64,000 nucleotides of DNA from Octopus sinensis (GCF_006345805.1 NC_042997.1:29326001-29390000); one strand, 5' to 3'. Positions 1 to 13,964 are shown, counted from the first letter of the stretch. Made by a program: numbers and translations. Notes: generated by a model not told the origin, from the letters alone.

Positions 1-273
1 ATGAATTTATATAGATTCAGATGAATTTGGTACTTAAGTTAATGCACCAGAATTTAGTACATTATTATTATTATACAGTTTCAAAATAATGTGATTAAAA
101 TCAAAATTTTACCTAAACCCTTGGAGAATTTTGCAGCTGAGTATCACTCTGCATTTAAACTGATGTAATGGTTGCGTGTCCAATTAAATGGAGTCCCTTG
201 AAACAATGATTAACTCTGTATTACTTCTGGAAATCCTATTGCTTATTTCGATATATTAATTTACATATATAGA

Positions 274-349
<76 letters not shown>

Positions 350-371
350 AAGCATATATATATATATATAT

Positions 372-1886
372 ATGCCAAGCAAGCTGAAGGAGGGAATAAT
401 ATGCCCAATACATAAAGGGGGAAGTAGAGCAGATGCCAAAAACTATAGGCCTATCTCTCTGACTTCACACATCAGCAAAGTCATGGAACGGATAGTCAGA
501 AAGAAACTAATCGCATTCCTTGAGGAAAATAACTTGCTGAGTGATACCCAGCATGGTTTTCGACCAGGTAGGAGCTGCCTGACCCAGCTCTTATAGCATT
601 ATGACTGGGTGTCGAAGCAGTTACTCAACAAATCAAATGTGATTTTGTAAAAGCTTTTGACAAGGTGGATCATGGTATGATATGCCACAAACTACGTGAC
701 CTCGGCATAGCTGGAAAACTTGGAGTGTGGTTGCATGACTCCCTGAAAGATAGGAGTCAGGCAGTAGTGGTTAATGGAGCCACCTCTATGAACACACAAA
801 TAGTGAGCGGTGTTCCACACGGCACTGGCTTAGGACCACTGCTTTTTATAATGGCCCTCTTAGATATGCCCTCAAATACCCGGATAGACACTCTGGCCAG
901 CTATGCAAACGATGCGAAAGTCTCGCAGAAAATACAGAACCCCAGCGATGTTGCACACCTGCAGCAGGAGTTGGACTCAATCTACAGATGGGCTGAGGAT
1001 AATAAGATGCAGTTTAATGCTGAAAAGTTCCAGGCCCTCGGCTACCAGCATCCAAAACTGAATATCAAACTTACAGGATACACCGGTCCACAGGGAATTT
1101 CAATCCCAGAGCCTAAGTCTGTGAGGGACCTGGGTATCGACATGAGTGATGATACTTCTTTCCAAGTGCACATTACCAGGATGGCGACAAAGTGCAGACG
1201 ACTGGCTGGGTGGATCCTAAGAACATTCAGAACCAGAGATAAGGAAACCATGATGGTCCTCTGGCGGACATTCGTCCTCAGTCGCCTGGATTACTGCTCA
1301 CAGCTATGGTCACCCACCAGTGTAAAATTAACAGCGGACCTTGAAGCAATCCAGAGAAGATTCACAAGGAAGATCGTCTCTTTGCAACAGCTAAGCTACT
1401 GGGAAAGGTTGAAACAGCTAAGACTCTACTCCCTGGAGAGAAGACGGGAGAGGTATGCAGTAATATATGTCTGGAAGATCCTGGAAGGAATTGTGCCAAA
1501 TTTTGGCATTGTAAGCTGCACCAATGCTAGAACGGGACGACCACTGCATAGTGCCAAAGATCCCATCAATGCCATCACGCTTCAGGATCATCTTCTGCAA
1601 CAGTCTGGGTTTCAAGGGCCCACAGCTTTTTACTATTCTCCCAAAGAGTCTGAGGAACTTGCACAAAGTAGATGTAGCGGTTTTTAAATCAGCGCTGGAC
1701 ATCCTCCTGTCAAGAGTCCCAGATGAACCGCCTCACGGCAAGAGGTGCAAATGAGAGTAGCTATATCAAACTCCATTCTTCACAAAGTGCCACATATTAG
1801 ACGAGGTTCGTCGTAATAACAGTGTAGCACAAAGCGGCGGTGCATCAGCATGGCCGCAGCTCTGAGCTGAAACTAGAAAAAAAAAA
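372..1886 (+). mobile_element. 5'-truncated CR1-type LINE, decayed ORF2 RT region with 3' UTR and A-tail
   Basis: Translations give NYRPISLTSHISKVMER, QHGFRPGRSCLTQLL, SGVPHGTGLGPLLF, YAND (decayed YADD) and WERLKQLRLYSLERRRERY. In-frame TAG at 594-596 plus frameshifts. Ends in an A-run at about 1877-1886 and is flanked by (TA)n on both sides. Confidence 0.9.
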
Positions 1887-2898
1887 TATATATATATATA
1901 CATATCGGATTCATTCCAAAATTTACAGGGACATGTAAAATGAGGTGACGATGCCCGTGGGCTACCTTAGAAATCCCTATCATAAAAGGTGCCGTTGCTA
2001 GGGCAAAAAACCCACTTTGACAAGTCCACTCACGTTCTTTTATGTATCTGCCTTTCTCAACTCACTCTCGCTATTTCCTCCCTTCCCAGCACTTTTTCAC
2101 TCACTCTGTTTCCTGCCTTATCATCACTTCGGCGTTCTTTTATGTATCTGTCTGCATTCATAGAGAGAATTATCATCGCCACCAACAACACAAGACCATG
2201 AGAACAAATATTATGAATCAGATATTACTTGCGTTCATTTATGTGTGTGTGTGTTCTATATATAAATATGTATATATAATGTATATATACAAAGTGTATA
2301 TATCTGTATTTATCTATATTAAAATTTTTAATACTTTTTCATAGTTATATATAATTTTTAAACAAATTATAAATATAATTGATAATTTTTATTTTAAATT
2401 TAAATAATTTAATTTTTCAATTTATATTTTGTATATTTTCTATATTTAATTTTATTTTTATGTTTTTGTTTTTCGTCTTTCACTGTTTGATTTGCCTATT
2501 AGTGTTTTATCTCTAATTTAATTTATACATATATATATATAATTTGTATACATTTGTATATATAATGCGTGGACACACACACACACACACACTCACACAC
2601 ACTCACACACACACACTCATATATATATATATATATATATAATGTGGGCATTATGTGGTCGGTCGGTTCAGCTGAAAATATGCACACCCATGTTAAAAGT
2701 GCTGGCAAGTTTGCATGACAACTATTTTTTTCCTCAAATGAAAGGCGTCACCTCTAGGACAAAATTCCTCATCTTATAAAATGTGCCCCAGTAGACCCGA
2801 ATGAAATCGGGTTATATTAACCAAAATGTGAAAAGGGGTCTAAATAGGGCTGGAAGGGGATTAAAATTTAAAGGAGCGACTGTTTAGGAATTCTCTGT

Positions 2899-3180
2899 TA
2901 CATCAAGCTAAAAAATTTGCGCCAGCCTTTTAATCGTCAATGTGTTGGCGTCCATGATGAAGAAGTTTTGAATGCTTGCCATGGTGAGTCTACTGTCGTG
3001 AGAAAGAATCACTTCAAAACTTGGTGTTTACGAATTTTCTTTTACATCAAGTTCAAAACTTTACGCCAGCCGTTAAACTGTCAATACGTTGCAGTCCGTC
3101 GTTAAGAAATGCCAGCCATGGTGACTATACTATCCTCAGATTCTATCCCTTCAAACTTTAGTTTCCAATATTTTATTATT
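2899..3180. repeat. Diverged tandem dimer, period 144 bp
   Basis: tacatcaag...cgccagcc...gccatggtga recurs, starting at 2899 and 3043. Confidence 0.65.
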
Positions 3181-3455
3181 TTTATTCAGCTCGCAAGTTC
3201 GTCTGTCCCTTTTAAATGTTAGCGTTTTGCTGTCAGCCTTGAAGCAGACCTTTCCGTTGCCCCTGCCCGATATTTATGATTGATCTTTCTAAATATTTTA
3301 TTTCTCAACTTACTCAAGATCTTTTGTTGTTTATAAATGGGAAAGAGATAGTTAAAGATTGAGAGTAAGAGAAAGCGAGGGAGAGTCCGAGAGAAAAGAA
3401 AAATAAGAGAGCGGGGAAAGTGAGAGAGAAAGGGGAGAGAAACAAAAAGGGAGAA

Positions 3456-3766
3456 TCATCATCATCATCATCGTTTAACGTCCGTTTTCCGTGCTAGCAC
3501 GGGTTGGACAGTTTGACCGGGTTCTGGGAAGCCAGGAGGCTGCACCAGGCTCCAGTCTGATCTGGCAGTGTTTCTACCGGTGGATGACCTTCCTAACGCC
3601 AACCACTCTGTGTGGGTAGGGGTTGCTTTTTTCGTGCCGCCGGCACAGGTGCCAGGGGAGCTCGCAGCTGCCACGATCGTTTGGTGCTTTTTACGTGCCA
3701 CTGGCACAGAAGCCAGTCAAGGCGGCGCTGCAAGCGGCCACGTTCGGATGGTGCTTTTTACGTGCT
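3456..3766 (-). mobile_element. SINE-like retroposon fragment with (GAT)n tail and internal sub-repeats
   Basis: GC-rich block ending on the minus strand in aaacgatgatgatgat. The motif g(g/t)tgcttttt(a/t)cgtgc occurs three times at roughly 65-bp spacing. Confidence 0.6.
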
Positions 3767-3905
3767 GAAAGGAAGCAATAGAAAGTAACAACCACACTCT
3801 TACCCGCGCGTAGAGCGGGTCACCTTCAGCTAGTATGTATATATACACGCATATATCTATATATATAAATATATATACAGATATATATACATATATATGT
3901 ATCCA

Positions 3906-4129
3906 TTTATTCTTTTATTCTTTTACTTGTTTCAGTCATTTGACAGCATCTATGCTGGAGCACCGCCTTTACTCGACCAAATAGACCACAGGACTTATTC
4001 TTTCTAAGGCTAGTACTTATTCTATCGGTCTCTTTTACTGAACCGCTAAGTTACAGGGACGTAAATACATCAGCATCGGTTGTCAAACAATATTGGGGGG
4101 ACAAACACAGACACACACACAGACACACG

Positions 4130-4171
<42 letters not shown>

Positions 4172-4305
4172 AGTTCACCAAAATTTAGATTCAAATGAGT
4201 ACGGTACTTAAGTTAGATGCACCAGAATTCTGTATGGTGTTATCCATTTAATAAAATGATGTAGTGCGAAACGATCGTACCAATTCCCGGAGTTAATCCT
4301 GTTGC

Positions 4306-4348
<43 letters not shown>

Positions 4349-4349
4349 A

Positions 4350-4436
<87 letters not shown>

Positions 4437-4593
4437 ACATGCATATATACGACGGGTTCTTTCCGTTTCTGTCTACCAAAACCACTCAGAAGGCTTTGGT
4501 TGGCCCGAGGCTATAGTAGAATACGCTTGCCCAAGATGCCACGCAGTGGGAACGAACCCGGAACCATGTGGATGATAAGCAAGCTACTGCGCC
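3906..4593 (-). mobile_element. tRNA-derived SINE family A, split at its internal microsatellite
   Basis: 3906-4110 matches the 3' half and 4448-4593 the 5' half of the copies at 17147-17556 and 53291-53646. An unrelated 138-bp segment (4171-4308) sits between (TA)n runs. Confidence 0.85.
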
Positions 4594-5153
4594 TATATAT
4601 ACTTATTATATATATATGTAATATATCTCCCTAGATAGAGAGAGAGATACAGACAGAGAAAGATGGACAGATAGATAAATAAATAAATAATGTATATATT
4701 ATCTAAGAGCGTATGTTAATGAGTGCGTGTGTATTCGCGTACCGCCTTATGTACTTTTGGTGCGCATCAAACAAACTCTTCGATGACATCGGAACAATAA
4801 AACGAGAATAGAAAAAATAATGAACAATGACCAATGTTTAACGAGGTAAAAATGTTGTAATCTGTAGCAGAATATTTCACGACAACCAATAACCAACAGT
4901 AAATGGTATGTTTAGCAATTGTACTAAGATATCATTAGACATTACAGAGAAGGATTTCGAAAAGAAAACAGAGAATGAGAGAAAATGTGTCATTAATATT
5001 GTCGGTCGGTATTGCATCAGAAACGAAGATAATAAATGCTTCAAACAGAATTTTCTATGAAATTTATTGCTAAGAATAAGCTCTCTGAAACAGATTAGCA
5101 ATGATAGATATAATCGTGAGGAAACTATTCCTCTTACATGTCCACATTGAAAG

Positions 5154-5192
<39 letters not shown>

Positions 5193-5660
5193 AACACGCA
5201 AACAGAGGCAAAATCACACACTTACATCACCTCTCGATATACTTACATCACCACCGTTTTTCTCATCACAGCACACCATTGCCTTCGGGAAAGACACTAA
5301 GACGTATGCATGATAAATGATATTCAGCCATGCTGTACGTAATAACAACTGTCTGTAGTATTCTGAACATTTAAACATATTTTACTCAGAGATTTGGCCT
5401 ACTCAATATCTCTTATGGGGAAATATTTTTGCAGACAATCAGACAAATATTGTATAGTGTGATAGAAAAATATCATCATTCTGACATATGTTTTTAAATA
5501 CATAGGACATTGCAAATCTCTCTACCTCTCTCTCACCCTCTTTCCCTTTCGGCAATTCTCTCTCAATTTCTCTTTTGATCAACTGCATTTCCCCATATGT
5601 ATATATATGTGGGTATGTATATATGCGGATTTTAGTTAATTGGAATAAAGCAACGGATAT

Positions 5661-5694
<34 letters not shown>

Positions 5695-6148
5695 AGTGGT
5701 GTGTGTGTGTGTGTGTGTGTATGTGTGTGTGTGTGTGTGTGTTTATATATACATATACATATATATATATTTGTATATTTGTATATGTCTATAGGCAAAT
5801 ATGTATATATGTATATAGATATATGTGTTTATATCTATATATATATCGATATATGTAAATATATATGTATACATATATATGTGTGTGTGTATGCGTGTGT
5901 GTAACTACATAAGTGTATTTATGTATAATTTTTGTATATATCAACAGATATGTCTATTTTTCCTTTGTTTGCAATTAACACTGAGAAATTAGATGAACAG
6001 TTACCAGGGTAGGAGAAAATCACACAATTAAAAATGTTGTAATACCTTGTTTTTACAGGTAGAAACCCCGGCTTTATGTGAAATATTTTGTATAATATAT
6101 ATAAATAAATAAGGGGAGTTAAACGCAGGTGTTATTCAATTTTTTTTA

Positions 6149-6400
6149 CTTCTGACACATGTTTCGAAGAAATCATTGGTATTGTTCCAAAGGAATAAAA
6201 TGGTGTATGACAATGTAATCTTCTCTTCAAGGAAATGAGGAAATAAAATTCGTCAAAAGACTTTGTAAAAGAATATGGTGGATATGTATAGTGATGAACG
6301 GAGCGCTATTAAGTTTTTTTTTAAAAAACGTTAGAGGATATAACGTCAAAGATAGGCTACAAGAAGAAGAGGAGTAAAGGAAAGAAAAAATCAGAAACCA
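6149..6400 (-). mobile_element. Diverged PLE terminal repeat (same family as 31155-31430) with degenerate hammerhead
   Basis: Aligns by eye with 31209-31430 (gaca(c/t)atgtttcgaaga, ttccaaaggaataaa, aatcttctc, cgttaga...acgtcaaagata). Minus strand reads TTGAAGA-gaaga...tcttc-GAAAC-atgt-GTC at 6149-6236. Confidence 0.6.
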
Positions 6401-6480
6401 AATAGATGAGAAATATAGAACGATATGTGAATTAAATAAAAGCCTAGTCTTATATATATATGCATATGTATTATATATAT

Positions 6481-6957
6481 AATGTAAAGTATAAAAGCAA
6501 TCTCAATATGGCTAACCACAAAGTGGGGTTGTTACTGTGGCTCAGTAGCCCCAGGAGATCATCGTCTCCAGCTGGCTTTAGACACACTTTCTGTGCCCTT
6601 GAAATATTTGCAAAGGGAGGCCATCCCTCCTCGTAAGCCTGAGTGATACGCACGGACCGTTTCGAGATTATTGTCTCTCTATCAACGGGCGGTAACCACC
6701 AGGTCACGATGAAAGACAAGGCTGCTTTGCAAATATATAAGAGTTTTTCTAGTGACATCTGCCACTGATTTCGAAAGAGACAATAATTTCGAAACCGTCC
6801 GTGCGTATCACTCAGGCTTACGAGTAAAGGATGGCCTCCTTTTGCAAATACGTCAAGGGCACAGAAAGTGTGTCTAAAGCCAGCTAGAGACGATGATCTC
6901 CTGTAACACCCCCACATTGTGGTTAGCCATATCGAGATGGCTTTTATACTTTACATT
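6481..6957. mobile_element. Foldback/MITE-like element with ~190-200-bp inverted arms
   Basis: 6481-6680 is the reverse complement of about 6776-6957 (aatgtaaagtataaaagc...gctttagacacactttctgtgcccttga...cgtaagcctgagtgatacgcacggac). The left arm has an extra 17 bp. No ORF of note and no clear TSD. Confidence 0.85.
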
Positions 6958-7034
6958 GTCGAGCGGTTACTGTTTATATGTCGCTCTGAGATTTAATAAT
7001 GCCTATATATATGCATATATATAGATACACACAC

Positions 7035-7091
<57 letters not shown>

Positions 7092-7222
7092 TATATATAT
7101 ATTATATATTATAATATATAATATATATATATATATTATGTGTAGATATGTATGTACATATATAAGTAATGGATAAATATGTATATATCCGCATATTAGA
7201 GAAACTAAAAATGAAAACCTAG

Positions 7223-7274
<52 letters not shown>

Positions 7275-7314
7275 GTATATATGTGTGGTGTCTGTGTGTG
7301 TGTGTGTGTATGTG

Positions 7315-7364
<50 letters not shown>

Positions 7365-7564
7365 TTGTATATGTATATACAATATATATAATACTTAGAT
7401 AAAACTTAGCTATGTTTCTACCAAAGATTGGTCTAGACTATGTCTAACTTAATAGCACCACCTGATAGGTTTATCTAAATCCTTAAGTCAAGTTTGAGGT
7501 ATCATGATCCATTCGAGTACGGAGTTCTTGTTGAGTAAGTTGTATCAAGGTATATGTGGTTATA

Positions 7565-7611
<47 letters not shown>

Positions 7612-7799
7612 CTCATTTTCGCTATTTCACCCCACAAATCATTGGCTACCATGGGGCCCTATTAGAGGACACTCAGCTACGATTCCTAGTTCACGTGATA
7701 CATAATATTAAAGCAAGCTTCTTAAATATAGACATATAGGCGCTAGATTATACGAGAGAGTGTATGTGTGTATGTTCTGTGCTCCTGGGCACATACTAC

Positions 7800-7935
7800 T
7801 ATATGGATTGCAAATTTTGGCACAAGGCCAGTGTTTCGGATTATATCGAACCCATTGCTCAGATGGTGCACATTTTATTGGCTCATGAAGGATAAAATGC
7901 GAATTCAACTTCCATGGAATTTGAACTGAAGACGG
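7800..7935 (-). mobile_element. Old SINE fragment related to family C
   Basis: Reverse complement carries tggccttgtgccaaaatttgcaa, like the cttgtgccaaaatttgaaac tail at about 34450, and a gttcaaattcc B-box-like motif. Confidence 0.5.
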
Positions 7936-8414
7936 AAAGATGTGGAAATGATGTGAAGCATTGTATCTGGCCTACATCATGATGCATCGACAATCAGAGT
8001 GAAATAGCGCAGGTATTTTTATCAGACATAAATTTACATATGATGTATTTCCTGAATTAGTATCTGAATGCACGCTAATGTACACACGCATATACACGCA
8101 CACACACGTGCACACGCACACAGCGACAATCGCGCGCGCAAATACGTATGCCCCCTCGTACACTCACACATGTATACACGCGTGAACATGTATATATGCC
8201 GTGGAATATATATGTTGGCAATATAATTGTTTGTATAAGTGGTTGGAAACGGTATTGTATTGTCTTTGCATAAAATCATACTGTATATAATATTCATTTT
8301 GTTTCAACTCGAAATCTCTAACTTATATTAATACTAAGACTAAAATCCATATTCCCGAGAGGTATGATGTTTGTGTGTCCGTGTTATATATATATTATAT
8401 GGTGTATATATATC

Positions 8415-8452
<38 letters not shown>

Positions 8453-8602
8453 GTATGTATGTATTATATATATCTATATATATATATCTATAATATATAT
8501 ATATATAATATATATCTATACATACATACATACATATATATATATATTATATATATATATGTAATATATATATATATATAATATATATATATATAATATA
8601 TA

Positions 8603-8638
<36 letters not shown>

Positions 8639-9088
8639 TGTATGTATGTATATTCTCTCTCTCTATATATATATATATCTTTATATATATATATATATGT
8701 ATGTAGTATATTTATCTCTCTCTCTCTTTCACTTCTCTCTATTATATATATATACAGAGAGAAAGAGAGAGAGAGAGAGAGAGAGGGGAGAATGTGACAC
8801 AGAGACATGCAATTCCCTTGGAGAAGTGATAAATACATACATATATATACTTACATGCACACATGGATATTTTCTTCTACATATATAATTAACTGTACTT
8901 TTAAATCTATATGTTACCCAAGTGTCTCTTTACCCTCATTGTATTCCACAATCACCCCATTTCAATCTTCTTATTGAAATATTCCTTCTCTGTCTTACTT
9001 TACATTTGACTCAACAGACAATAGGTCACCATAGGAAAGTTTAAATATAATGTCAATTTTCAGCGGCTTACTAATATATTTCCATCTT

Positions 9089-9188
9089 NNNNNNNNNNNN
9101 NNNNNNNNNNNNNNNNNNNNNNNNNNNNNNNNNNNNNNNNNNNNNNNNNNNNNNNNNNNNNNNNNNNNNNNNNNNNNNNNNNNNNNNN
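9089..9188. other. Assembly gap (100 N)
   Basis: Run of exactly 100 N, a typical placeholder size. Confidence 0.99.
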
Positions 9189-10210
9189 TCATCCCTTGAT
9201 TTCAATCCCTAGATAAAATGTACTGCTTTCCCTGATATATTCTGCATGTAATATTGGCTCACCGTTTGGATAGTTTTATCATGACCACCTGTATGTTCTG
9301 CAAGGATGAATTATTACGAAGCTGTTTTATATATAAATAATTTTCTTGTTTAGTGCTTAAATTGGTCTATCTATCCCTATTATCTCACCTGGTCCTTATA
9401 TCCCTCCCTAAATTAAAAATATATTATTTTTATTATACGAAACGTATAATACATAGCTTTTGCTATATTTCGATTATACCTATTTTTCCTACTAGATCTC
9501 ATTGTAGCGTTCTATCTTTTATATTGTAGACCCCCTTTAATTGATGATAAAAGTGTTTATGTCACTCCTATCCTATCTATTTTTCTGAACATTGACCTCT
9601 ATCTAAATGATTTCCCCTGAGATTACGTTTTTTTTTTATGTGGTCAAGGGAATCTTTGGGGAAATATCTAACACCATTAATTTATGACCAGCATCTAGAA
9701 TTTAACTGTCAACTGTTATCTCTTAATACTGGTTCCATTAGATAAGAGCGTAGATAACTGTCAACTCTTATATTTTAATACTGGTGGTATTAGATAAGAG
9801 CTTAGATAAAAATTGTAGCTAAATTACCATTCTTGTGACCTCCACTGCGTTTCAATTTCTGCCATTTCAAAATTGTAGTTGTTTCTCTTTAAGCTTATTC
9901 TCCCACATCAGTAGCAACATGGAATTCGTTCCTTCTCTAGCTCTCATGAAATATTTGCTAAAAACTATAATATAAAAACCGGACTGTTGAAAATTTGTAT
10001 TTTGCAACTCAAGAAGTCGTGGTAGTTCAAATTATTGTAATGCCTTCATTGTTCGATTAAATGGCCCCCCTTGAAACGGCCGCATTGCATTACTAACTTG
10101 ACATCCTTGTTATTTATTTGCTTTTTATTAACCTTACTCCGAGCTGTGTGGATGATACTGGAGAGGCTTGGTGTATAAACTTAAATACATTATTCAACTG
10201 GATGTTAATG

Positions 10211-10244
<34 letters not shown>

Positions 10245-10260
10245 CGAGAGCGAGAGAAAG

Positions 10261-10437
<177 letters not shown>

Positions 10438-10902
10438 TCAGAACAGGGAAGGAACGACAGGATTTTCTTAAATCGTTGCATTTGTTTCGACACATTTTTA
10501 CACTTGTCCAACATTGGTGATTTTTTGTGTAATAACTATCATCCATCCATGGCATAAAATGTACGAAATTCAGAAAGAGAGAAATAGACAAAAGAAGAAG
10601 AACGTTGAATGTAAATTACAATTCTCAACGTTGGAATGTGTACTAAACAACAGTGTGGGAAATAAATAATTTCTTTATTTATGAATTAAGATTACCATTG
10701 GTTTCTTGTAAGGAAGATTAGCAAAATATCCATGTGATTTACCATTTTTCAAGCCGAATACATGGAGAAAGGTGTTCGCCTCCATTTTGAAAAACAATAT
10801 ATATATATATTTATTTATTTATATATATGTGTGTGTATGTATGTATGTATGTATGTATATATACACACACACATAAACACATACGTATACATATACACAC
10901 AC

Positions 10903-10936
<34 letters not shown>

Positions 10937-11066
10937 ATATGTATACGTATGTGTTTATGTGTGTGTGTGTATATACATATGTATACATATGTACATATAT
11001 ATATATTTATTACACACTATTTATAAAGACAAAGAAAAGGTAAAATATACAATAAAATACATGCAC

Positions 11067-11115
<49 letters not shown>

Positions 11116-11324
11116 AATATATATATATATATATGTGTGTGTGTGCGCGCGCTTATCTATGTATGTATGTATATATACACACACATAACAAAAGTAATTA
11201 GACACGTCATAAAATATCGTATTATGTTAATTTTATTTTGTAAAGATTTATTTTTTTATTGATTAACATTTTTATATTTCAGATTCTATATGTTGCTGTT
11301 AAATCTGCCATTTACAAAAGAGGC

Positions 11325-12283
11325 CTTGGAATTGTGGCCGTATTGTGGGTCATTCTGAATGTGGATATAGTCATCATACAAATGCAGAATCCTCGGGATC
11401 CCGCTTTCTTCACTCAATAGTGTTATTGTGAAATTCTCTAGAGAAGAGAAGGAGGCCACATCACTTCGCCCAGTTCAATCAGGGCCCTCTGACAGGACCC
11501 TTCTCTTTGATAAGAGAAGTATGGAGGCTAATCCTCGTTGACGTCAGTCCCAGAACAGAAATTAGTTATGTCTACAAACTTGGTTACTATGGCACATCAG
11601 CAAGAAGGAAGTCTCATCTTTGACCATCCAACATCAAGCTGAGAAAAGACTATGCCAGTGAGGTGCTGGAGAGGCCACTAGCATTTTGGAGCACTCATAT
11701 TCTCTGATGAGTCCAGATTTGCTGTATTTCCTGGGAGTGGCCGTGTGTTGGTCCGCAGACTCTTTGATCAAGAATTTGATGTGAAACGATTGCAGCCAAT
11801 AATGAAACATGTCAGCAATTCTGTGATGGGCGGGGTGGGGCAATTTGGAGTAATGGTTGACCAGAGCTGGTCGAATGTGAAGGAAACAAACTCAAATAAA
11901 TATGTGTTCACATTGCACACAATACACCTTGCAACTTTCTCCAGTGGTTATATGATTAAAGAAGAACCATTATTTATGGAATATGAGGCTCCTTGTCGTA
12001 AGGATAAAATGATCCAAAACTTGTTGGATGAGAATGGCATCGAAAAGCTCCAAAGGCTAAACCAATCACCAGATATGAACCCTATTGTACATCTCTGGGA
12101 CATAATTGATAGGACACTTCTTAAAAAGAATAAAAAAAAGCATCTTCAAAGCCAGATCGTTTGAAATTACTGCATGAAACTTGGCAAGAAATTCCACAAG
12201 AGAATATTCGTCCTCTGATCAGTAACGTGCATAATAGGGTCCAAGCTTTGAAAATTCCAAAGAGCATGTGTACTAAATATTAA
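11325..12283 (+). mobile_element. Degenerate Tc1-family transposase
   Basis: LIFSDESRF at 11694-11720. YEAPCRK...QSPDMNPIVHLWD corresponds to the Tc1 DNAPxH...SPDLNPIEHLW motif with catalytic residues lost. Ends TKY-stop at 12283. Frameshifts throughout. Confidence 0.85.
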
Positions 12284-12623
12284 ATATTCACTTTATATCG
12301 CCATGACAATTTACTCTACACGCTACACACCTTCCTTGTAAGCACTCATGGGAACACCAGAAGTGAATTAGAACGTTAAGACTTAGTGCTCACACCAGAA
12401 AAGTTTTGTTAATCCGTGTGTGTGCTAAGCGGCTTTATCTGCATGCTTTAGCTTCGCTACTTTGGCAACAGTCTCGATATATATTGAAGAGACCACGTAA
12501 CAATTAATAAATAATTTGAATGTATAATTTGAGATTTGAATATATTTTTATGACTTTAAGTGTGTTTATTTACTTCTGTCGTGCCTCTGCATAGATACAC
12601 ACACACACACACACACACACCTA

Positions 12624-13455
12624 TACAGGGTGCATAAGGTATTTGAGGACATATGTTATGTTTAGTATAGCAACATATTTATCAACTTAATATTTTCTAT
12701 ATTTCATTCGCAGATCCTATGATTACACAAGAAATAGAGAAGCACGCAGTTATCGTCGCTATAAAGGCTGAACATAGCAATTTAGAAATAACACGATACA
12801 AATCTTATGCGATGAGAAAAGGTAATTTCATGTCAGAAACAGTGAAGCAAATAATGCCTTTTTACTGAGAAATGGTTTTGAGGATACGAATAAACTTATT
12901 GTTTCTTCATTTTATTCAATAAAGTATCCATCAGCTTCAATAAAGGCTTCTATGCGAGGTTTGAATTGCCTACATCCAATGATCAAATGGTGTGTGTTCA
13001 TACTGGACATTATTCTTAATATGAAGGCTTTTAGGGAATCTTTGGTGTTATGAGGGCGCTCATTAACTTCTTTCTCAGCTACGCTCCATACATAGTAATC
13101 TAATCGATTGAGATCTGGGGAGCTAGGATGCCAAATGTTGGGGTTACGTGGTCATAAAAATTTCTGCCATCCATTCCCGCGTTGCTGTAGCCTTGTGTGA
13201 TGGTGCCAAGTCTTCTTGAAACACGTAAGGCCTTCTGTTGCGTACATTATCGATCCGTGGCTTAACCACTATATTCAGAACAACTATGTAGGTAGCAAAC
13301 TTCACTCGAAGACTTTGTGGAAAAAAGTGAGGAGGCACTACATTTCTGTCAATCGCCAACACCACGTCAGTTACAGGAAATTTAATGTCTGTACATAGCC
13401 ATGTGTCATTTCTTCTGCTTACTTTCTGATCTTGACCAAACCTACGCTCCCTGTA
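12624..13455 (-). mobile_element. Rearranged DD37D (maT-type) Tc1/mariner relic
   Basis: Minus strand reads FQEDLAPSHKA...WHPSSPDLNRLDYYVW...IEADGYFIE-stop, with 37 residues between the last two Asp after one frameshift. Begins tacagggtg at 12624. Confidence 0.8.
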
Positions 13456-13964
13456 CATATATTGTTGTATATCAAGATGGTTACTTTTATTTTATTTTTT
13501 TTTTGCAAATAAACACATGTACTATACATTCGTTCTTTATTCGTTTAATACTCTTCTTAATTTAACTCATGTTCAATGTTCCGAAATCTTTTGTCACACA
13601 TCTATGGCCTCTTCAGCGACACGTTTCGTCCATATGTGTGTTCCCTACGACGTGTATCATTATATGCACATGTGTTTACGTCTGCACTTGTGTGTATGTA
13701 TGTGTGTGAGAGCGTTCGTGTGCATACTTATATCTATGTGTTTCGCATATGTGCAATATGTGCGTATATGAGCTTATGCCAATTATACTGTTGTCATCGT
13801 TATCGTCGTTGTTTTAGTAGTAACATGAGCGTCCCCTCACCTCCATCAACTTCCCCGTTGCCGCTACTACTTTGATCCCGACATTTTATTCCGTTCTTGT
13901 ATCTCCCTGTATTTGGGTTTTGTCCCACGCTGTGACAATATGGTAGTTCCTGTTGCCGCAGCAT

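Noticed and set aside
6600-6680. Hammerhead in the 6481-6957 foldback (CTGAGTGA...GAAA...GTC)
   Set aside because: Core spacing is wrong and neither stem I nor stem II pairs.
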